Assembly: GCA_951406725.2 (NCBI GenBank)
Contig: OX597830.1
Location: forward strand, 31,372,001 to 31,436,000
Reading direction: 5' to 3'
DNA length: 64,000 nt
Source of the DNA: Octopus vulgaris
Taxonomy: Eukaryota
Shown: piece after piece, positions 1 through 15,479 of the stretch
How positions within the stretch are numbered: position 1 is the stretch's first letter
How the letters are laid out: every line of letters begins with the position of its first letter
Position numbers and translations under genes: made by a program
The notes under the pieces: generated by a model
What the model was told of the DNA's origin: nothing
The model's database searches: none
Seen by the model: the letters and a program-made list of their open reading frames with translations, nothing else

Positions 1-111
1 TGAGCGAACCTATGGATCAGAGACAAGAATCCAAACGCGACCCTCCCGTCTTTATTTAAGAAATAGACGTTTCCAAGAACGAATCATGCATGTATTAAAA
101 CTTACACACAT

Positions 112-174
<63 letters not shown>

Positions 175-191
175 CACACATACATATATAT

Positions 192-246
<55 letters not shown>

Positions 247-255
247 CATATATAT

Positions 256-290
<35 letters not shown>

Positions 291-539
291 CATACATATA
301 TATATATATATACACACATACATACATATATATATATACACACACACATACATACATACATATATATATATACACACATATGCATACATATATATATTTA
401 TATACACACCCACATTTTTATAGATAGATATACATTATCTACTTCTCTCTCTACTATCTTTCTCGATATATGCATTATATGACTGTATATACGTATATAT
501 ACATGTTTATTTAACTATATATGTGTGTGTATATATATG

Positions 540-606
<67 letters not shown>

Positions 607-824
607 GTATAAACTTATATGGGAATGTGTATGTGGTTCGTGCGTGTTGTGATTCTTCCCTTCTAAGAAACCAGAGCAGTGATTTGTAAAATATCTAACT
701 GCTATTTCCAGCAAGTCCCGTACTTACTACAGCATAGTCGTCCGTACGTGTGTGTGTGTGCGTGTGTGTGTGCGTGCGTGTATGCATGTCTGTGTTGATG
801 TGTGGGTAATCCCGTTTACACATA

Positions 825-1012
825 TGTTGTTGTTTAGTCCCAGGTCAGCCCTGGTTGCTCATACTAGCAATCCAAAGAGGATCGTCTCTTGGATCACCCA
901 GACTTTTCCCTACGTCTGTGTATAACGAAACGCTGCTTCACAATGTTTTTCCTCCCCTCTCACGGTAGGGCGTAACTTGAAGGAATTTAACTACTGATAT
1001 TAGGAGATCGAT
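825..1012 (-). mobile_element. Old dispersed repeat (family D), decayed
   Basis: GATTTGGCTGCTATTTCTAGCA-like motif recurs at ~690, ~980, ~16605 (inverted), ~28145 and ~28870. Confidence 0.45.
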
Positions 1013-1332
1013 CTGTTAGCTCATTTGTGTATATGTATGAGCGTGTGTGTGTGTGTGTTTGTTATTTTCTGCTATACTTATTCTCCTGTAGAATAGAACT
1101 CCACATTTTTTTTATATACATGATGGACACACAACGATAGAAGCGTATATATATATTTATAACTTTGAATTTATAACTTTGAATATGTGTGTGTGTTGGT
1201 ACGTTTATGTCAATGTGCACACACGCTTGTACACACACACATAGATGCATGCTTCTTTGATAGATGGAATATACATATATATATAAACTCCTTAACTAGT
1301 TTCAGCTCGAGAGGTGCCATGCTGGGGCACCA

Positions 1333-1402
<70 letters not shown>

Positions 1403-1405
1403 ATA

Positions 1406-1446
<41 letters not shown>

Positions 1447-2031
1447 TGTATGTGATTCTATCTCAGACGAGCAACTCGTTTTAAAACTGTCAACAACACC
1501 ACCATCACCCCCATCAGAATGAAATCATCATCACTATCGACAACATCCGTCACAAAGAACATATGCCTATATCCACTGCTCATTTGATGATGACGACGAC
1601 GACGACGATGATGATGATGATGATGATGATGGGTGGTGGTAGTGGTGGTGGTGGTGGTAGTTTGGAATGTTTTTCACGGTGTAGCGCTATTTAAGCAAGG
1701 AGGCAGTAAAAAGCAATTGTAGTTTTAAGCTCGTTCCAGCATGGAAAGAAGCTAAAAATGTGAAGTTGTGGCATTCTTGCATTTCTCGAACGGTTCAATT
1801 AGCGAACAAGAAGCTTAGACAAAAAAAAAAAAAAAGAAGTGAGAAGAAGGAAAAGAACAACAATAGCAACAACAACAACAACAACAACAACGAGAACGGT
1901 GGTGTAATTGATGCGATAATCGAAACAAGATTCTTCAAAACTCCATGGATTCGAAATGGACATTATTAGCCACGAAGAATAACGAACATTAATGAGTTCA
2001 AATGTAAAAATAACGATTCCAATAGAAATTT

Positions 2032-2148
<117 letters not shown>

Positions 2149-2531
2149 ATTAATTATGACATGAGAGAAGGACCCACCACGCTCATTTTTACACGTAATG
2201 CCACCGTCGCGTAAAATATAGACATCTAAAACATGTTTTATGCTGCACACCCGCATATTATCGTGTCCATGTGTGTGTGAGATAGAGTGAGTGTGTGTGT
2301 GTGTCTGTGTGTGTGTGTGTGTGTCTCTATCTGTCAGTTCATTTTATTTATCTATCTGTATTTTCTCATACGTAAAGTATGAGAGAGAGTGAGAGAGATA
2401 GAGAGAGAGAGAGAACGAAAGAATTAGTTTCTAACCAAAGCGAAATAGTTTGCATAATACAAAGAATTATCATATTATTAGTTTTCATATTTTATTTACC
2501 CATCAAAGAGAGAGAGAGAGAGATAGATAGA

Positions 2532-2594
<63 letters not shown>

Positions 2595-2750
2595 AACGGA
2601 AAGGAAAAGATAAAAAAAAGGGAAAGTTACCCAGATTTGAACCCAGAAATAATACCTAACATAACATCACGACAAAACATATACGAACCACCCCTCTCCA
2701 CTTTTCTCATTTTCGAAACAAACACACAAATTATACATACACGTGTGCGC

Positions 2751-2791
<41 letters not shown>

Positions 2792-3143
2792 CATATACAT
2801 ACATATATATATATATACACACACATGCAAAACACACTCTCTTTTTCTCTCACACACACGCATTCATGTATATACGGATTGATGTATACGTAAATATATA
2901 CATATATATATATAGATAGATCTATTGCATGTCGACATAGCCACAATCACGAAAAAGCAGAAAAAAAAATGTCAGCCAAGGAATGTGGTGAGTTGTCACA
3001 CGGTGTGGGCTCCAAAAACGCGCGCGCGCGCACACATGTACGTATGTATGTTTGTAGACAAGCATTCATATTTATATTTACTCATGTACGGAGACAAACA
3101 TAATTTGCGTGTGTGTTGTAGGTAAGAGTGTAAACATCCATCC

Positions 3144-3205
<62 letters not shown>

Positions 3206-3213
3206 TTATCCAT

Positions 3214-3298
<85 letters not shown>

Positions 3299-3327
3299 CA
3301 TCCATCCATCCATCTATCCATCCATCC

Positions 3328-3389
<62 letters not shown>

Positions 3390-4027
3390 TATCTATCTCT
3401 CTCTCTATCTATCTATATATATATGAGCGTATGCTCATGTATATATATATATATATGTATATATACGCGCACACACACACGCATGCTCTCTCACACACAC
3501 ACATATGTCAGTGTGTGTATGTGTGTGTGTGTGTGATAAATATAAGAAATGTCTGTAATTCTAATAACGACAACAGCTGCACATCATATTAATTTAGTTA
3601 GACATACACGCAGAGCTACAAACATACGTTCATACACACACACACACACATATATACATATACGTGTTTATGTACGTATATATGCCAATGTGCCTGTGTG
3701 TATGCATCTTTAGTATATGTGTGTGTGTGTGTGTTGAGAGAGATGCATATAAGTATATATACATAAATACACAAATATGCATTTATGTATGAATATATGC
3801 CAGTGTATGTGTGTGTGTGTGTGACCGCGCATAAGTGTATGTGAGCATACATGTTTTGTACACACACACACACACATATTTATGTATGTATGTTTATATA
3901 TATATATATATATTTATGTCCCAAATGCACATGTGGGCGTGTGTCAATCTGTACGTGCAATATTATATATGGTCGATACGTACAAAATATACACACATGT
4001 TTTGCCACCTATAATGCAAACACACAT

Positions 4028-4060
<33 letters not shown>

Positions 4061-4089
4061 CAGAGAGACAGAGAGACAGAGAGACAGAC

Positions 4090-4152
<63 letters not shown>

Positions 4153-5248
4153 AAGTGCGTGTTCTATGCTTGCGCATATATGCTTGCTTATGTGTGTGTG
4201 ATCAGCTTTCTATAGAAACAAAATTACATACAATAATGAATTCTTAACGATTTTTTTCACTCCACCCCCCATATAATTACACACACACAACATACATATT
4301 TACACAATCCGTATATGCATGCGTGAAGGGGTGTTTGTATGCAATAAGTTCATATATATATATATATGTATAAATGTTACCAATGAAAAATTTATCTAAC
4401 TTCAGGTCATCAACTTTCGTTTCATTATTATTCAATAGAATTTTTTTTGTCACACACACACACACACACTCACTCACACAGACAAACGTAAAAGCACACA
4501 CACACACACACACACATGTTTAAGTATGCGTGTGTGTGTGTGTGTGTGTATACATGCTTACAGAAAGGAATGTTATCTTCGCAAATTGATATTCGGTTAT
4601 ATGTCTTTGAGTATTAAATACATATCTATAAATAGAAGCACACAGTCACACATACAGTCCAGCACATGTTATATACTTACGTATTTGTATCAATTTAACA
4701 ACTTCAGCAAGCACACACACACAACACACACACACACATGTATATGCCTGTTGTGACTGCGCGTGTGCATATATATATACGTGTGTGTGTGTGTGCGCTC
4801 TTCTTCATAAACTCGTATGTGTATGTGTTTATGCACGCGTTTCTCTGAGCGCGTGTATACGCGTATAGAATGAGTATGAGCATATTTTTTGCCATGTGCG
4901 ACAGCGTATAGATTATATATATAGTACTCTGTACAAATGTATGTATGTATAAATATTCTGAATTACAGCATGCGTCCATGCTTACACGTGCGTGACTTAT
5001 GAATATATATATATATATATATATATATTCATATTATGTGTGTGTGTGTATATATATATTTATACATATGTGCGCGCGTGTGTGTGTATAAATTTGTACC
5101 TATATTTCATAGGTATATGTTCGTAATTTCAATGTATTTAAGCATGTGTTTGTGTGTTTTAAGGTGTGTGTGTCTGTGTGGTACAACATGCATACGTTTT
5201 ATGCGTAATAATAGAGTATTAAGTAAATTATATATACAAAAGCAGCGA

Positions 5249-5300
<52 letters not shown>

Positions 5301-5336
5301 CTACGTCATGTTTATCACAATTAGTGTGTATATTTG

Positions 5337-5368
<32 letters not shown>

Positions 5369-5425
5369 CAACACCTATATGCATGTTATTATGATCTGTT
5401 TATGTGTGTGTGTGTATGTATGCAC

Positions 5426-5472
<47 letters not shown>

Positions 5473-5734
5473 TGTGATGTATATGACGTTTAACCTGTGC
5501 GGTGTTTGCACGCAGGTAAACAAACGTACTTGCGCTTTTTATGAATGTACAAAAACATGTTTAAGTACCCATATGTACATGCATGTATATGTCTGTATGT
5601 GTGTGTGTATGTGTGTATGTGTGTGTGTGTGCGTGTGTGTATACGTCTGTCATTGTAAGCAATAAGTGTTCTGTTATATATATAAATGTATATATATGTA
5701 TGTATGTCTGCGCGTGTGGGTACATTTGCATATA

Positions 5735-5781
<47 letters not shown>

Positions 5782-6319
5782 GCATGTGGACATATAGTTA
5801 TATGAATGTAAATTTGTAAATTGCGTGTGAGGTGTGAGTGTTTGTGTGTTCGTTTGAGAGTGTATGAGTATGTGTGATGTGTGGTTATTTGTTATTACCT
5901 TGCTACCTGAAAAATCTGTTAGTATTGTAAGGTAGGCCGTGTCCGTGAAATAAAGCCATAGCTAAGCTATGGCAGTATAGTATGGTATACCTTCAGACAT
6001 GGAACAACAACAAACATGGTGTCTCTACAGCTCGGTTGGGGAGTGGCTTGCTTAAAACATTGCTTAACCGGGAAAACCTAGCAGGGGAGAGAGAGGGGGA
6101 GAGAGAGAGAGTGATGAAGAGAGAGAGAAAAAGCATCTCATCAACAGTCAGATAGAAGCGGGGGTGAGACACATACTTACATATACACTCACTCGAGCAC
6201 ACATACACTTATGTACTCACATATATACACACACACACATATATATTTAATACACGCGCACACACACAGACACAGACACACACACACACACACAGACACA
6301 CACACACAGACAGACATAG

Positions 6320-6350
<31 letters not shown>

Positions 6351-6820
6351 ACTCTATCCCCGCGCACACACGAATATATACGCACACACGCAAACTCAAA
6401 ATAGATAACACACACACACTACAAGGAAGATAGGTTTTAAGAAGGAGAGTGTGAGTGGAGGGACGAGTGTTTAAAAGAGAAATAGAGAGCCAGAGAGAGA
6501 GGGAGGGAGGGATAGAGGGAGAGAAAGGGAGGGTGGAGAGAGATAGTTAGAGGAAGATACACAAGGGAAAAGAGCGGGAGTGAGGGAGGGAATGCGGAAG
6601 AGAGGCAGTGTGAGAATGAGAAGGGTAGAATGAGGCTGCTGGTAAAAATATAGTGGATGGAGAGAAAGAGTAAGACATGAAGGCATGAAGATAAGCAGAG
6701 AGGTGAATGGAAAGAGATGCTGGGTTATTTGAAGACGATGGTGGTGGTGATGGTGGTGGTTATGGAAGCGTAGTGAGTAAAAGAATCAGAGAATGAAGAG
6801 ATAGATAGATGGATGGATGG

Positions 6821-6863
<43 letters not shown>

Positions 6864-6871
6864 TATATAGG

Positions 6872-6926
<55 letters not shown>

Positions 6927-7091
6927 GCAGACAAATAGATAGATATATGGATTGATAGATAGACAAATAGAGAGATAAATAGATAGTCAAACAAATAGAA
7001 AGATAGATAGATATGTTTCTTTATTAGCCACACAGGGCTGCACACAGACAGGACAAAATTACAAGGTAGAGCTTTTAGATAGATAGATAGG

Positions 7092-7203
<112 letters not shown>

Positions 7204-7814
7204 CAGATAGATAGATAGGAAAAGGTGCGTAACAGAAACGTGTGTGATTGAAAAAGAAGAAACGTGGAAACAAATTTATTAAAGGTAGATAGATATGTAT
7301 ACCTATATATAACATAATACAAACACATACACTCATAGATATGTATATAGGTGTGTGTGTGTATATATGACAGTAGGCAGGTAGGTATGCAGATACGTAG
7401 GGAGGGAGGTAGCCATATAGATGTAACCAGACATAACGGTAGGCATAGAGTCGGAAAAGTATAGGAGAGAGAGAGAGAGTGAGAGAGTGGTGTTGAGGTG
7501 GTGTTGGCGAAAACGGTTAGAGGAGATAGATGATAAAGTGTGGGAGAAAGAGAAGGAAAAAAGTATATGTTAGAAGGGAATGGAATGAGGGAAACGATGT
7601 GATCAGAGGGCAAGGCATGGGAACGAAGGAGTTTCAGAAAATTCTCGAGGTAAATAAAGAAAGACATAAAGAATAGGGAAGAAGGTGGGAATGAAAGTTT
7701 AGGCAGGAAAGAATTTAGGTGCTGAGAGGAGGGAGAGAGAGAGAGAGAGAGGAGAAGAGTGAGAGAGAGAGAGAGAGAGAGGGGGAGAGAGAAAGAGTTT
7801 TGAATGAGAGAAAA

Positions 7815-8570
7815 TTCTTTTACTTGCTTCAGCCATTTTGACTGCGGCCATGCTGGAGCACCGCCTTCAGTCGAACAAATCGACCCCACGACTTATTCGT
7901 TGTAAGCCTAGTACTTATTTTATCGGTCTCTTTTGCCGAACCGCTAAGTTACGAGGACGTAAACACGCCAACATCGGTTGTCGAGCGATGGTGGAGGAAC
8001 AAACAGGCACACAAACACACACACACACTCATATATATATATATATATACATATATATATACAACGGGCTTCTTTCAGTTTCCGTCTACCCAATCCACTC
8101 ACAAGGTTTTGGTTGGCCCGAAGCTATAGTAGAAGACACTTGCTCAAGGTGCCACACAGTGGGACTGAACCCGGAACAATGTGGTTGGGAAACAAGCTTC
8201 TTACCACACAGCCACTCCTGCGCCTATATATATTCTTTTATTCCTTTACTTGTTCCAATCATTTGACTGCGGCCATGCTGGAGCACCGCCTAAAGGGTTT
8301 TAAGCCAAAGAAATCGACTCCAGGACCTAATTTGTTGTAAGCTTAATACTTATTCTGTCGGTCTCTTTTGCCAAACTGCTAAGTTACGGGGACATAAACA
8401 CATGTGCATCGACGAGCTTCTTTCAGTTTTCGTCTACCATATCTACTCAAAGACTTTGGTCAGCGCGAGGCAATTGTAGAAGACAATTGGCCAAGGTGCT
8501 ACGCAGTGAGATTGAACCTAGATCCATGTGGTTGGGAAGCAAGCTTCTTACACACTGTCACGCCTTCGCC
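7815..8570 (-). mobile_element. Two tandem SINE family B copies (7815-8224, 8232-8570)
   Basis: Reverse-complement homology to 56484-56906. Confidence 0.85.
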
Positions 8571-9400
8571 TATAAATGTGTGTGTGTATGCGTGTGTGCT
8601 TAAACGTATACATATGTGTGTAAATGTATGTGTGTTTGTGTGTGTAAACGTATACATGTGTGTGTGTGTGTGTGCTTAAACGTATACATGTGTGTGTGTG
8701 TAAACGTATACGTGTGTGTGTATGCGTAAATGTATATATGTGTGTGTGTAAACGTATATATGTGTGCGTGTGTGCGTAAACGTATACAAATGTGTTTATA
8801 TGTGTGTGTGTCTACTTGTTATGTAGAATTATAAAAGAAAAAAGAAACAAATTTACATTAAACTAAAAATTTACTCTACTTTTCTGCTGAGTACATATCT
8901 ATTATTCTTTTACACGAATAATGTTGACAGGAACTTCAAAGTTTCAGCCGGTTAACACTCATAGGACTGTAAATATACGTACCTACACACGTGCATACAT
9001 ACATACATACATACATACATACATACATACATACATACATACATACATTCATACATACATACATACATTCATACATACTTACATACATACATACGTACAT
9101 ACGCACGCACGCACGCCCAGACGCATACGCACATATGCCTGTGTATGTATGTATGTATGTATGTATGTAGATAGACATATGTGTAGATAGAGAGTTGTGT
9201 AGAAGGTGAGAAAATGAGTGAATGGATGTGAAAAAGTAAGAAAGAAGAAGAAAAGAAAGAAGGAGAAGAAGAAGAAGAAGAAGAAGAAGAAGAAGAAGAA
9301 GAAGAAGAAGAAGATGAAGATGATGAAGAAGAAGAAGAAGATGATGATGATGATGATGATGACGGAGAGAGAAAAGAATAAAGAGCTAAACATATATATA

Positions 9401-9566
9401 TACAACGGGCTTCTTTCAGTTTCCTTCTACCAAATTCACTCACAAGGTTTTGGTTGGCTCGAAGCTATAAGTAGAAGACACTTGCTCAAGGTGCCACGCA
9501 GTGGCACTGAACCCGGAACCATGTGGTTGGGAAACAAGCATCTTACCACACAGCCACTCCTGCGCC
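9401..9566 (-). mobile_element. SINE family B, 5' half
   Basis: Homology ends at the internal microsatellite. Confidence 0.85.
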
Positions 9567-9653
9567 TATATATAGCTGTAGAATAAAGGGAGAAAAATGA
9601 GAGGTAAAAAAGTAAGAGAGAGAGAAAGAGAGAAAGAGAGAAAGAGAGAGAGA

Positions 9654-9710
<57 letters not shown>

Positions 9711-10113
9711 TGCTGAAAAGGATGTGAGTTGTAGAGAGGGTGACAAAGCGGGTAAAAAAAAGAAAGATTAAAAGTACAGAGAAATGAAAATAACGATAGA
9801 TTGGGCTCTCGGAAAGCGAGGGTAGTGAAGTGAATGGGGAGTAGTGGAAGCAATGAGAGAAAGGGATAAAAAAAAAGATGATGAGAATTAGGTAGATTGA
9901 GAGAGAGAGAGAGGGGGGGAGTGGATGGTGAGTGAACGTACGGGGAACGGTGTGAGGTCTTGAATGAATGAGTGAGTGAAGATTTTGATATGGAAAGAAA
10001 TTTGATGAAATAGTTAAAATAAGAGTGCGAGAGAATAGGGCGTGAGAATAGAGGGCTGGAGTTATATAAAGACGACGGCCACAAAACAGCAACGCTATAC
10101 ATACATATACATA

Positions 10114-10457
10114 CATGGTGGCTGCCCCTTCGTTATCGAATATGGCCATTGCACGAAGCTTAATCAATGTTGATTATCGTGCAATGCCTGTGCAAGAAGA
10201 TTTTTTTTTTTAAAGTGAGGAAAGGCTGTGCCCTGAGTCAATCCCACTCACTAAGCAACAGCAGCCATAATCCGAAAAGAAGAACAAGTCAACATCATCG
10301 GTAACCACTGAGCCGCAGGTTTTATGTCGGAGTTATCCCAGTTACCTGAGTTACCTTCTCCTAGAAGGATGCCCAAACAAAGGCTAGGATTTCTTCACTC
10401 CCAATGGTTTAACCGCGCGATCGGATATTCAGTCCGATTATTTCTATGTCCCCGTGC
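10114..10457 (-). mobile_element. Short interspersed element embedded in (CATA)n, probably RTE-derived non-autonomous
   Basis: Highly similar to 20541-20933; minus strand has GGGCATCCTTCTAGGAGAAGGTAACTC, resembling RTE 5' UTR motifs. Confidence 0.55.
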
Positions 10458-10594
10458 ATACATACATACATACATACATACATACATACATACATACATA
10501 CGTACATACATACATACGTACATACATACATACATACATACATACATACATACATACATACACACATACATACATACATACATACTGTTTCCTT

Positions 10595-10760
10595 GGTATT
10601 TACTTGTTTCAGTTATTGGTCTGCGGCCTGGCTAGGGCACCGGCATGAAAGGTTTGGTCAAAACAAATCGACTCCAGTACTTATTTATCAATACTATTCT
10701 ATAGAAAACCTTTGCTGAACAGTTAAGTTATGGGGACGTAAACAGACCAACACCGGAAGG
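10595..10760 (-). mobile_element. SINE family B, 3' half, diverged
   Basis: TTACTTGTTTCAG...TAAGTTATGGGGACGTAAAC. Confidence 0.7.
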
Positions 10761-10830
10761 CACACGCTCACATCTACACATACATACATACATACATACA
10801 TACATACATACATACATACATACATACATA

Positions 10831-11225
10831 GAGGAGCAAAGGTATGTACCATCATTGAAGTCAGCTGCCCTGCAGATATAAATATCTCTTTGAAAATGAA
10901 AGAAAAGATGATATCTATGGACAACTCCTTCGAAACCCCCAGCTTCTATATCCAGATTATGAATTCATATTCATACCAATAACAATTGGAGCATTAGGTT
11001 TTGAAAGTAAATGCTTAAAGGAGAATCTGGATAAACTGGGATTTTCAGAAAGAGAAATCGACTGGCTAATTCGTAAAACAGTAAAACTATGCAAGACTTT
11101 TATCAAGTTCCAAATGTGAATTTGCCTGTGTTAATTACATCCCAAAGATGGAGCCTTATATCTTTGTTGGAAAGCGGTACCCTTCTCAGTGGAAGATTTA
11201 TAATAATTATAAAAATTGAAGAGAC
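10831..11225 (+). mobile_element. R4/Dong-type LINE 3' fragment
   Basis: CTIIEVSCPADINI...LLYPDYEFIFIPITIGALG, homologous to the 18140 copy; begins at (CATA)n. Confidence 0.75.
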
Positions 11226-11489
11226 ATATCTACACACACGTGTGCGTAGATATACGTGTATACATGCATACAAACATATAGTTTTCGAAATTAAGTATTT
11301 TCGGAGAGTCATTTTGCGAAATTAAAACATGCACACTAGTGACAATTTACTTCTTCGTAGTACTGATTCTTCCAATTATTTAATTAAACAATTTATTATT
11401 TTGTCAAAATCTTTTATAACACAATCGTGACCTTTCCGATATATTTTAGCTAACAGAGGTTCAGAAACAGAATTTTCAGGGAGGGAACC

Positions 11490-11880
11490 AACACTGGATT
11501 AACCATTAAGCAAATAAACACGTGCTTAGGGTATCAAGGGAAGGAAGGAGGAGCCACCACAGAAATGGTATATAGTTTACGGCACAAAAGAAATCACTTT
11601 AAACTTGCTAAAATATTATTCGGAGAACCTTTATCTCTACTGAGTCTAGATGCAAATGTGCTACCTAAGAATAATTCTGAGGATCTGATCAAAGACTTTG
11701 CAATTCAAGAAAGTAGGAGGAAACTTTTCAAGTCTAAATAAAGGGGAAGTATACAATAATAAACATTATTTTCCCCCTTACTGTTTTGTTTCATTTTGAA
11801 AAATAAAAATTTATTTTATGCTTTGATATTGTTTATATTTTGAATTGCATAATCTTTTATGGAGGCACCAAAATCTTTAA
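11490..11880 (+). mobile_element. Internally deleted hAT transposon relic with transposase C-terminus
   Basis: 11631-11741 encodes LSLLSLDANVLPKNNSEDLIKDFAIQESRRKLFKSK*, similar to the hAT C-terminal dimerisation region; left end CTGGATTAACCATTAAGCAAA resembles a hAT terminus. Confidence 0.65.
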
Positions 11881-11979
11881 AGAATTGCTGAACTGCTTTG
11901 AGTTTAAAAAAAAATTTTTTTTTTTTGTATAGTTCTCTATCCTCCTGGTGTGGCGTGGCGAAGCGCATCCTGAGTACAG

Positions 11980-12382
11980 TTACTGGTTTGATACATTATT
12001 TTGTCGACACCGGAAAGATGAGTGGCTTAGGTGACCTCAGCTTTTATTTGCATTCTGAACGTTATAAATCAGAGCAACTAGCACAAACCATTTCGTCCGA
12101 TGCTCTAATGACCCTGCTCATCCAATACCCCCGGGCAATTAATAATAATGATGACAATAATAAAAGTAATTCTTCCTATTATAGGCACAAGGCCTGGAAT
12201 TTGGGGGAGAGGGGGAGCTAGTCGATTACATTCACTCCACTGCTCAACTAGTGCTTCTTTCATCGACATTGAAAAGATGAAAGGCAAAGTCGACTCGGCG
12301 GATTTCGAACTCAGAACGTAAGGCCGGATGAAATGCTGATAAGTGTTTTATCCGGCACAGTAACGATTATTCCAGCTCGCCG
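11980..12382 (-). mobile_element. Two diverged SINE family A-related copies
   Basis: GATGAAAGGCAAAGTCGACTCGGCGGATTTCGAACTCAGAACG...CCAGCTCGCCGC. Confidence 0.7.
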
Positions 12383-12383
12383 C

Positions 12384-12425
<42 letters not shown>

Positions 12426-12446
12426 GATGATGATGATGATGATGAT

Positions 12447-13445
12447 AGTGTTTTCTTTAATAACCAATAAGGGCCCATAAAAACAAGCATTGGGGACGGT
12501 TCAGAAAAATACAATGTGGGCTACATAAAGATGCATGAGAAAGAGAACTGCAATAAAATAAATTCCAACAAAAGAGGGAGACTTCTCAGGACTACTCGAA
12601 GAAACCCCATAAAACTATGGTCGTCCTGACCCCTAGGGGGAAGTGCCCTCTTCTCATCGTCTTCCTTCAATCTACAGGCGCATGCTTGGATTTGGTCCGT
12701 TCACTCATACCGTTCTTCCCACATACACCCATCTTTCAGCAAAATTGCTGGGAAGCAAAACTTCCTGTCTCCACTTTCACTTTCTTTTTCAAGTGAAACT
12801 TGAAAAAATCTTGACGAGGGCTTGGCCAACTACGAAAGTATCTGACTTCAGCTCTTTCAATCTGGTTCATCACACAGCTTCTTTCGCTAAAGCCACCAGA
12901 CAAACACCGCCTGCTCTCCCCGGCGAAAGGAAGGCGGTGGGACGATCTTCACAATGGACGCAGCCGATCCACCTTACACTTGACCGCAGGTGTTCGACTC
13001 AAACCCACAAATCGAACACCTATTATCACTAGAAGTGTGCTTGCAGAACGGTTACGTCACTCTGTGCTTATCTCGGGTAGGCACGTCTGACAAGCGCTTC
13101 CATGCCTAAAGACTTTATCTCGAAGAGAGAGCCAGCACTAGTAAGCTAAAGATTTCTGGAAATTATCTTTCGGCCCCGGTACGAAAGTCCTCTGGAACAG
13201 AACAGCCAGTCGATTCTCGTTGAAGCCCAGAGTCTACCCCCAAGAAAATCGTCGCTCTTGCCCGCCTCTAAACCTCTTTAGAACGTCTTTGCCCGACTGC
13301 CAGAGGATTGTGAGCGCCAGACAGGTGCCAGGTGCCCTGCTTCTGTCTACGTTTGATCCAGGATTGTGGCTCTTTCTAAGAAACGAGCTGTAGAAAAGCG
13401 AATCTGACAAACAGCAATTACACCTGCTCACCGCAAAAGAAACGT
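12447..13445 (-). mobile_element. 5'-truncated Tx1/L1-clade LINE, ORF2 C-terminus plus 3' UTR
   Basis: Minus-strand translation includes DNFQKSLAY*C..LRDKVFRHG..C and CLVALAKEAV...FFKFHLKKKVKVE...FAERW (zf-RVT-like region); ATTAAA precedes an (ATC)n/(ATT)n tract. Confidence 0.65.
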
Positions 13446-13447
13446 TG

Positions 13448-13508
<61 letters not shown>

Positions 13509-13533
13509 AAGTAGTAGTAGTAGTAGTAGTAGA

Positions 13534-13587
<54 letters not shown>
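13448..13587 (+). repeat. (TAG)n microsatellite
   Basis: Direct reading. Confidence 0.95.
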
Positions 13588-13588
<1 letters not shown>

Positions 13589-14270
13589 ATGATAATGATA
13601 ATAATAAATTACAATCAACGAGAGGTCTATAATTGGCAAAATGACCCTCCCAAAATACTTAGATACGCATGCAGCAACACGCGCGCACACACACAAACGC
13701 ACACACACGCACCCCTCTCATAGTTATCGATAAAAGCATTATTGCAATGTATTCATTCACCGATAATGAATTAAGCTACTGCAATTCGAAAATTAACAAA
13801 TACATGTTTCAACACACGATTTCACATCAGGAATCTTGTAAAACATAAGAATTAACTAAGAAAAAAAATCGAATATTTGTTTGTGGCAAAAAGCGAAATT
13901 TAAACTGGAAAAAAAAAATGACATGATTATTGGTGAATGAGGGGAGTAGAAGTGAAGGAGATAAAGGAAAAAAAAAACTAGCGAAGAAGAATGAGAAGGA
14001 AATGAGTGAGTGACGATAGAGAACGAGAAAGATAGAGTGGCAAGTGGAAGGAGAAAAGAGAGTTACAGAGAGAGAGAGAGGGGGGGGGAGGGAGGGAGAG
14101 AGGGGGGGGAGACGAGAATGAAAGTGAGAGAGTGAGAGAGACGGAAAAGAAAGTGAGAATGAGTGAGAGAGACAGACTAGGGAATGTGAGAGAGACATGA
14201 GGGAAAGTGTGAGAACGAAAAAGTCAGAAAGAAATAGAGACAGAGGGGGAGAGCGAGAGAGTCAGAGTAA

Positions 14271-14334
<64 letters not shown>

Positions 14335-14708
14335 GGGAAAGACAAAAGAGAAAGAAAAATTGTGTGATGCAACAAGGAGGGGAGAGTACAGATAAGGATA
14401 CAACAGAGGGGGAGATATGGATGATATGGAAGAAGCAGACGATAAAAAGGAAACGATAAAGTAATTAAGTAGAAGTGAGAGGAAGAGCGAAAGTGTGAGA
14501 TGGTTAGTGATGAGAGTGATGGTAGAAGTGGTTGTTATGTTTATTGTGATGGTGGTGGCGGCGACGTTGGAGTCGGAAAAGAAAACGTAGAAACGAGACG
14601 AGAGAGGGGGAGAAGAGGATGAGAAAAAGGAAGCGGAGGTCATTGAAGAACAGACGTACGTGAGGAAAAAATAGATAAATAAAGAGTGAGAGGTAGTAGG
14701 AGGAAATG

Positions 14709-14760
<52 letters not shown>

Positions 14761-14773
14761 TTGAAAAAGAGAG

Positions 14774-14822
<49 letters not shown>

Positions 14823-14834
14823 TTGAAAAGATAG

Positions 14835-14867
<33 letters not shown>

Positions 14868-15132
14868 AAGAGAGAGAGAGAGCATGTGTGCAAAGTACCG
14901 GTGCGGTGGTAGAAGAGTAGCAGTAGGAGGAGGAAAGGCTGTGTCAAGTTATGTGGGAAGATGGACAGCGGCGTAAAAAAGAAGTCAGAGAGAAAGGTGC
15001 AAATGAAGGACGGTCAGAGTAAGTAAATATAGAAGAAGACGGAGGGAAGAAGGGGAGGAAGTAAATAAAAACTCTAACTATAATACCCGTAAGAAGACCC
15101 CACCATCACCACCACAACACCACTCTGACGTT

Positions 15133-15152
15133 TACTACTACTACTACTACTT

Positions 15153-15242
<90 letters not shown>

Positions 15243-15334
15243 ATACTACTACTAATACTACTAATACTAATACTACTACCACCACCACCACCACCACCAC
15301 CACTACTACCACCACCACCACCACCACCACCACC

Positions 15335-15388
<54 letters not shown>

Positions 15389-15408
15389 GCTACTGCTGCT
15401 GCTGCTGC
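15133..15408 (+). repeat. Compound (TAC)n/(CAC)n/(CTG)n microsatellite
   Basis: Direct reading. Confidence 0.95.
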
Positions 15409-15479
15409 AAGGGGAAGAAGCAGAGGGTCAAGAGAATGACCGCAAAAGAAGGAGTTGAAATATATACCTTTTAAAAAAT

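Noticed and set aside
8595-8800. CRISPR-like repeat-spacer pattern (AAACGTATAC + TG tracts; also 61435-61590)
   Set aside because: Eukaryotic minisatellites; the spacers are low-complexity and there are no cas genes.
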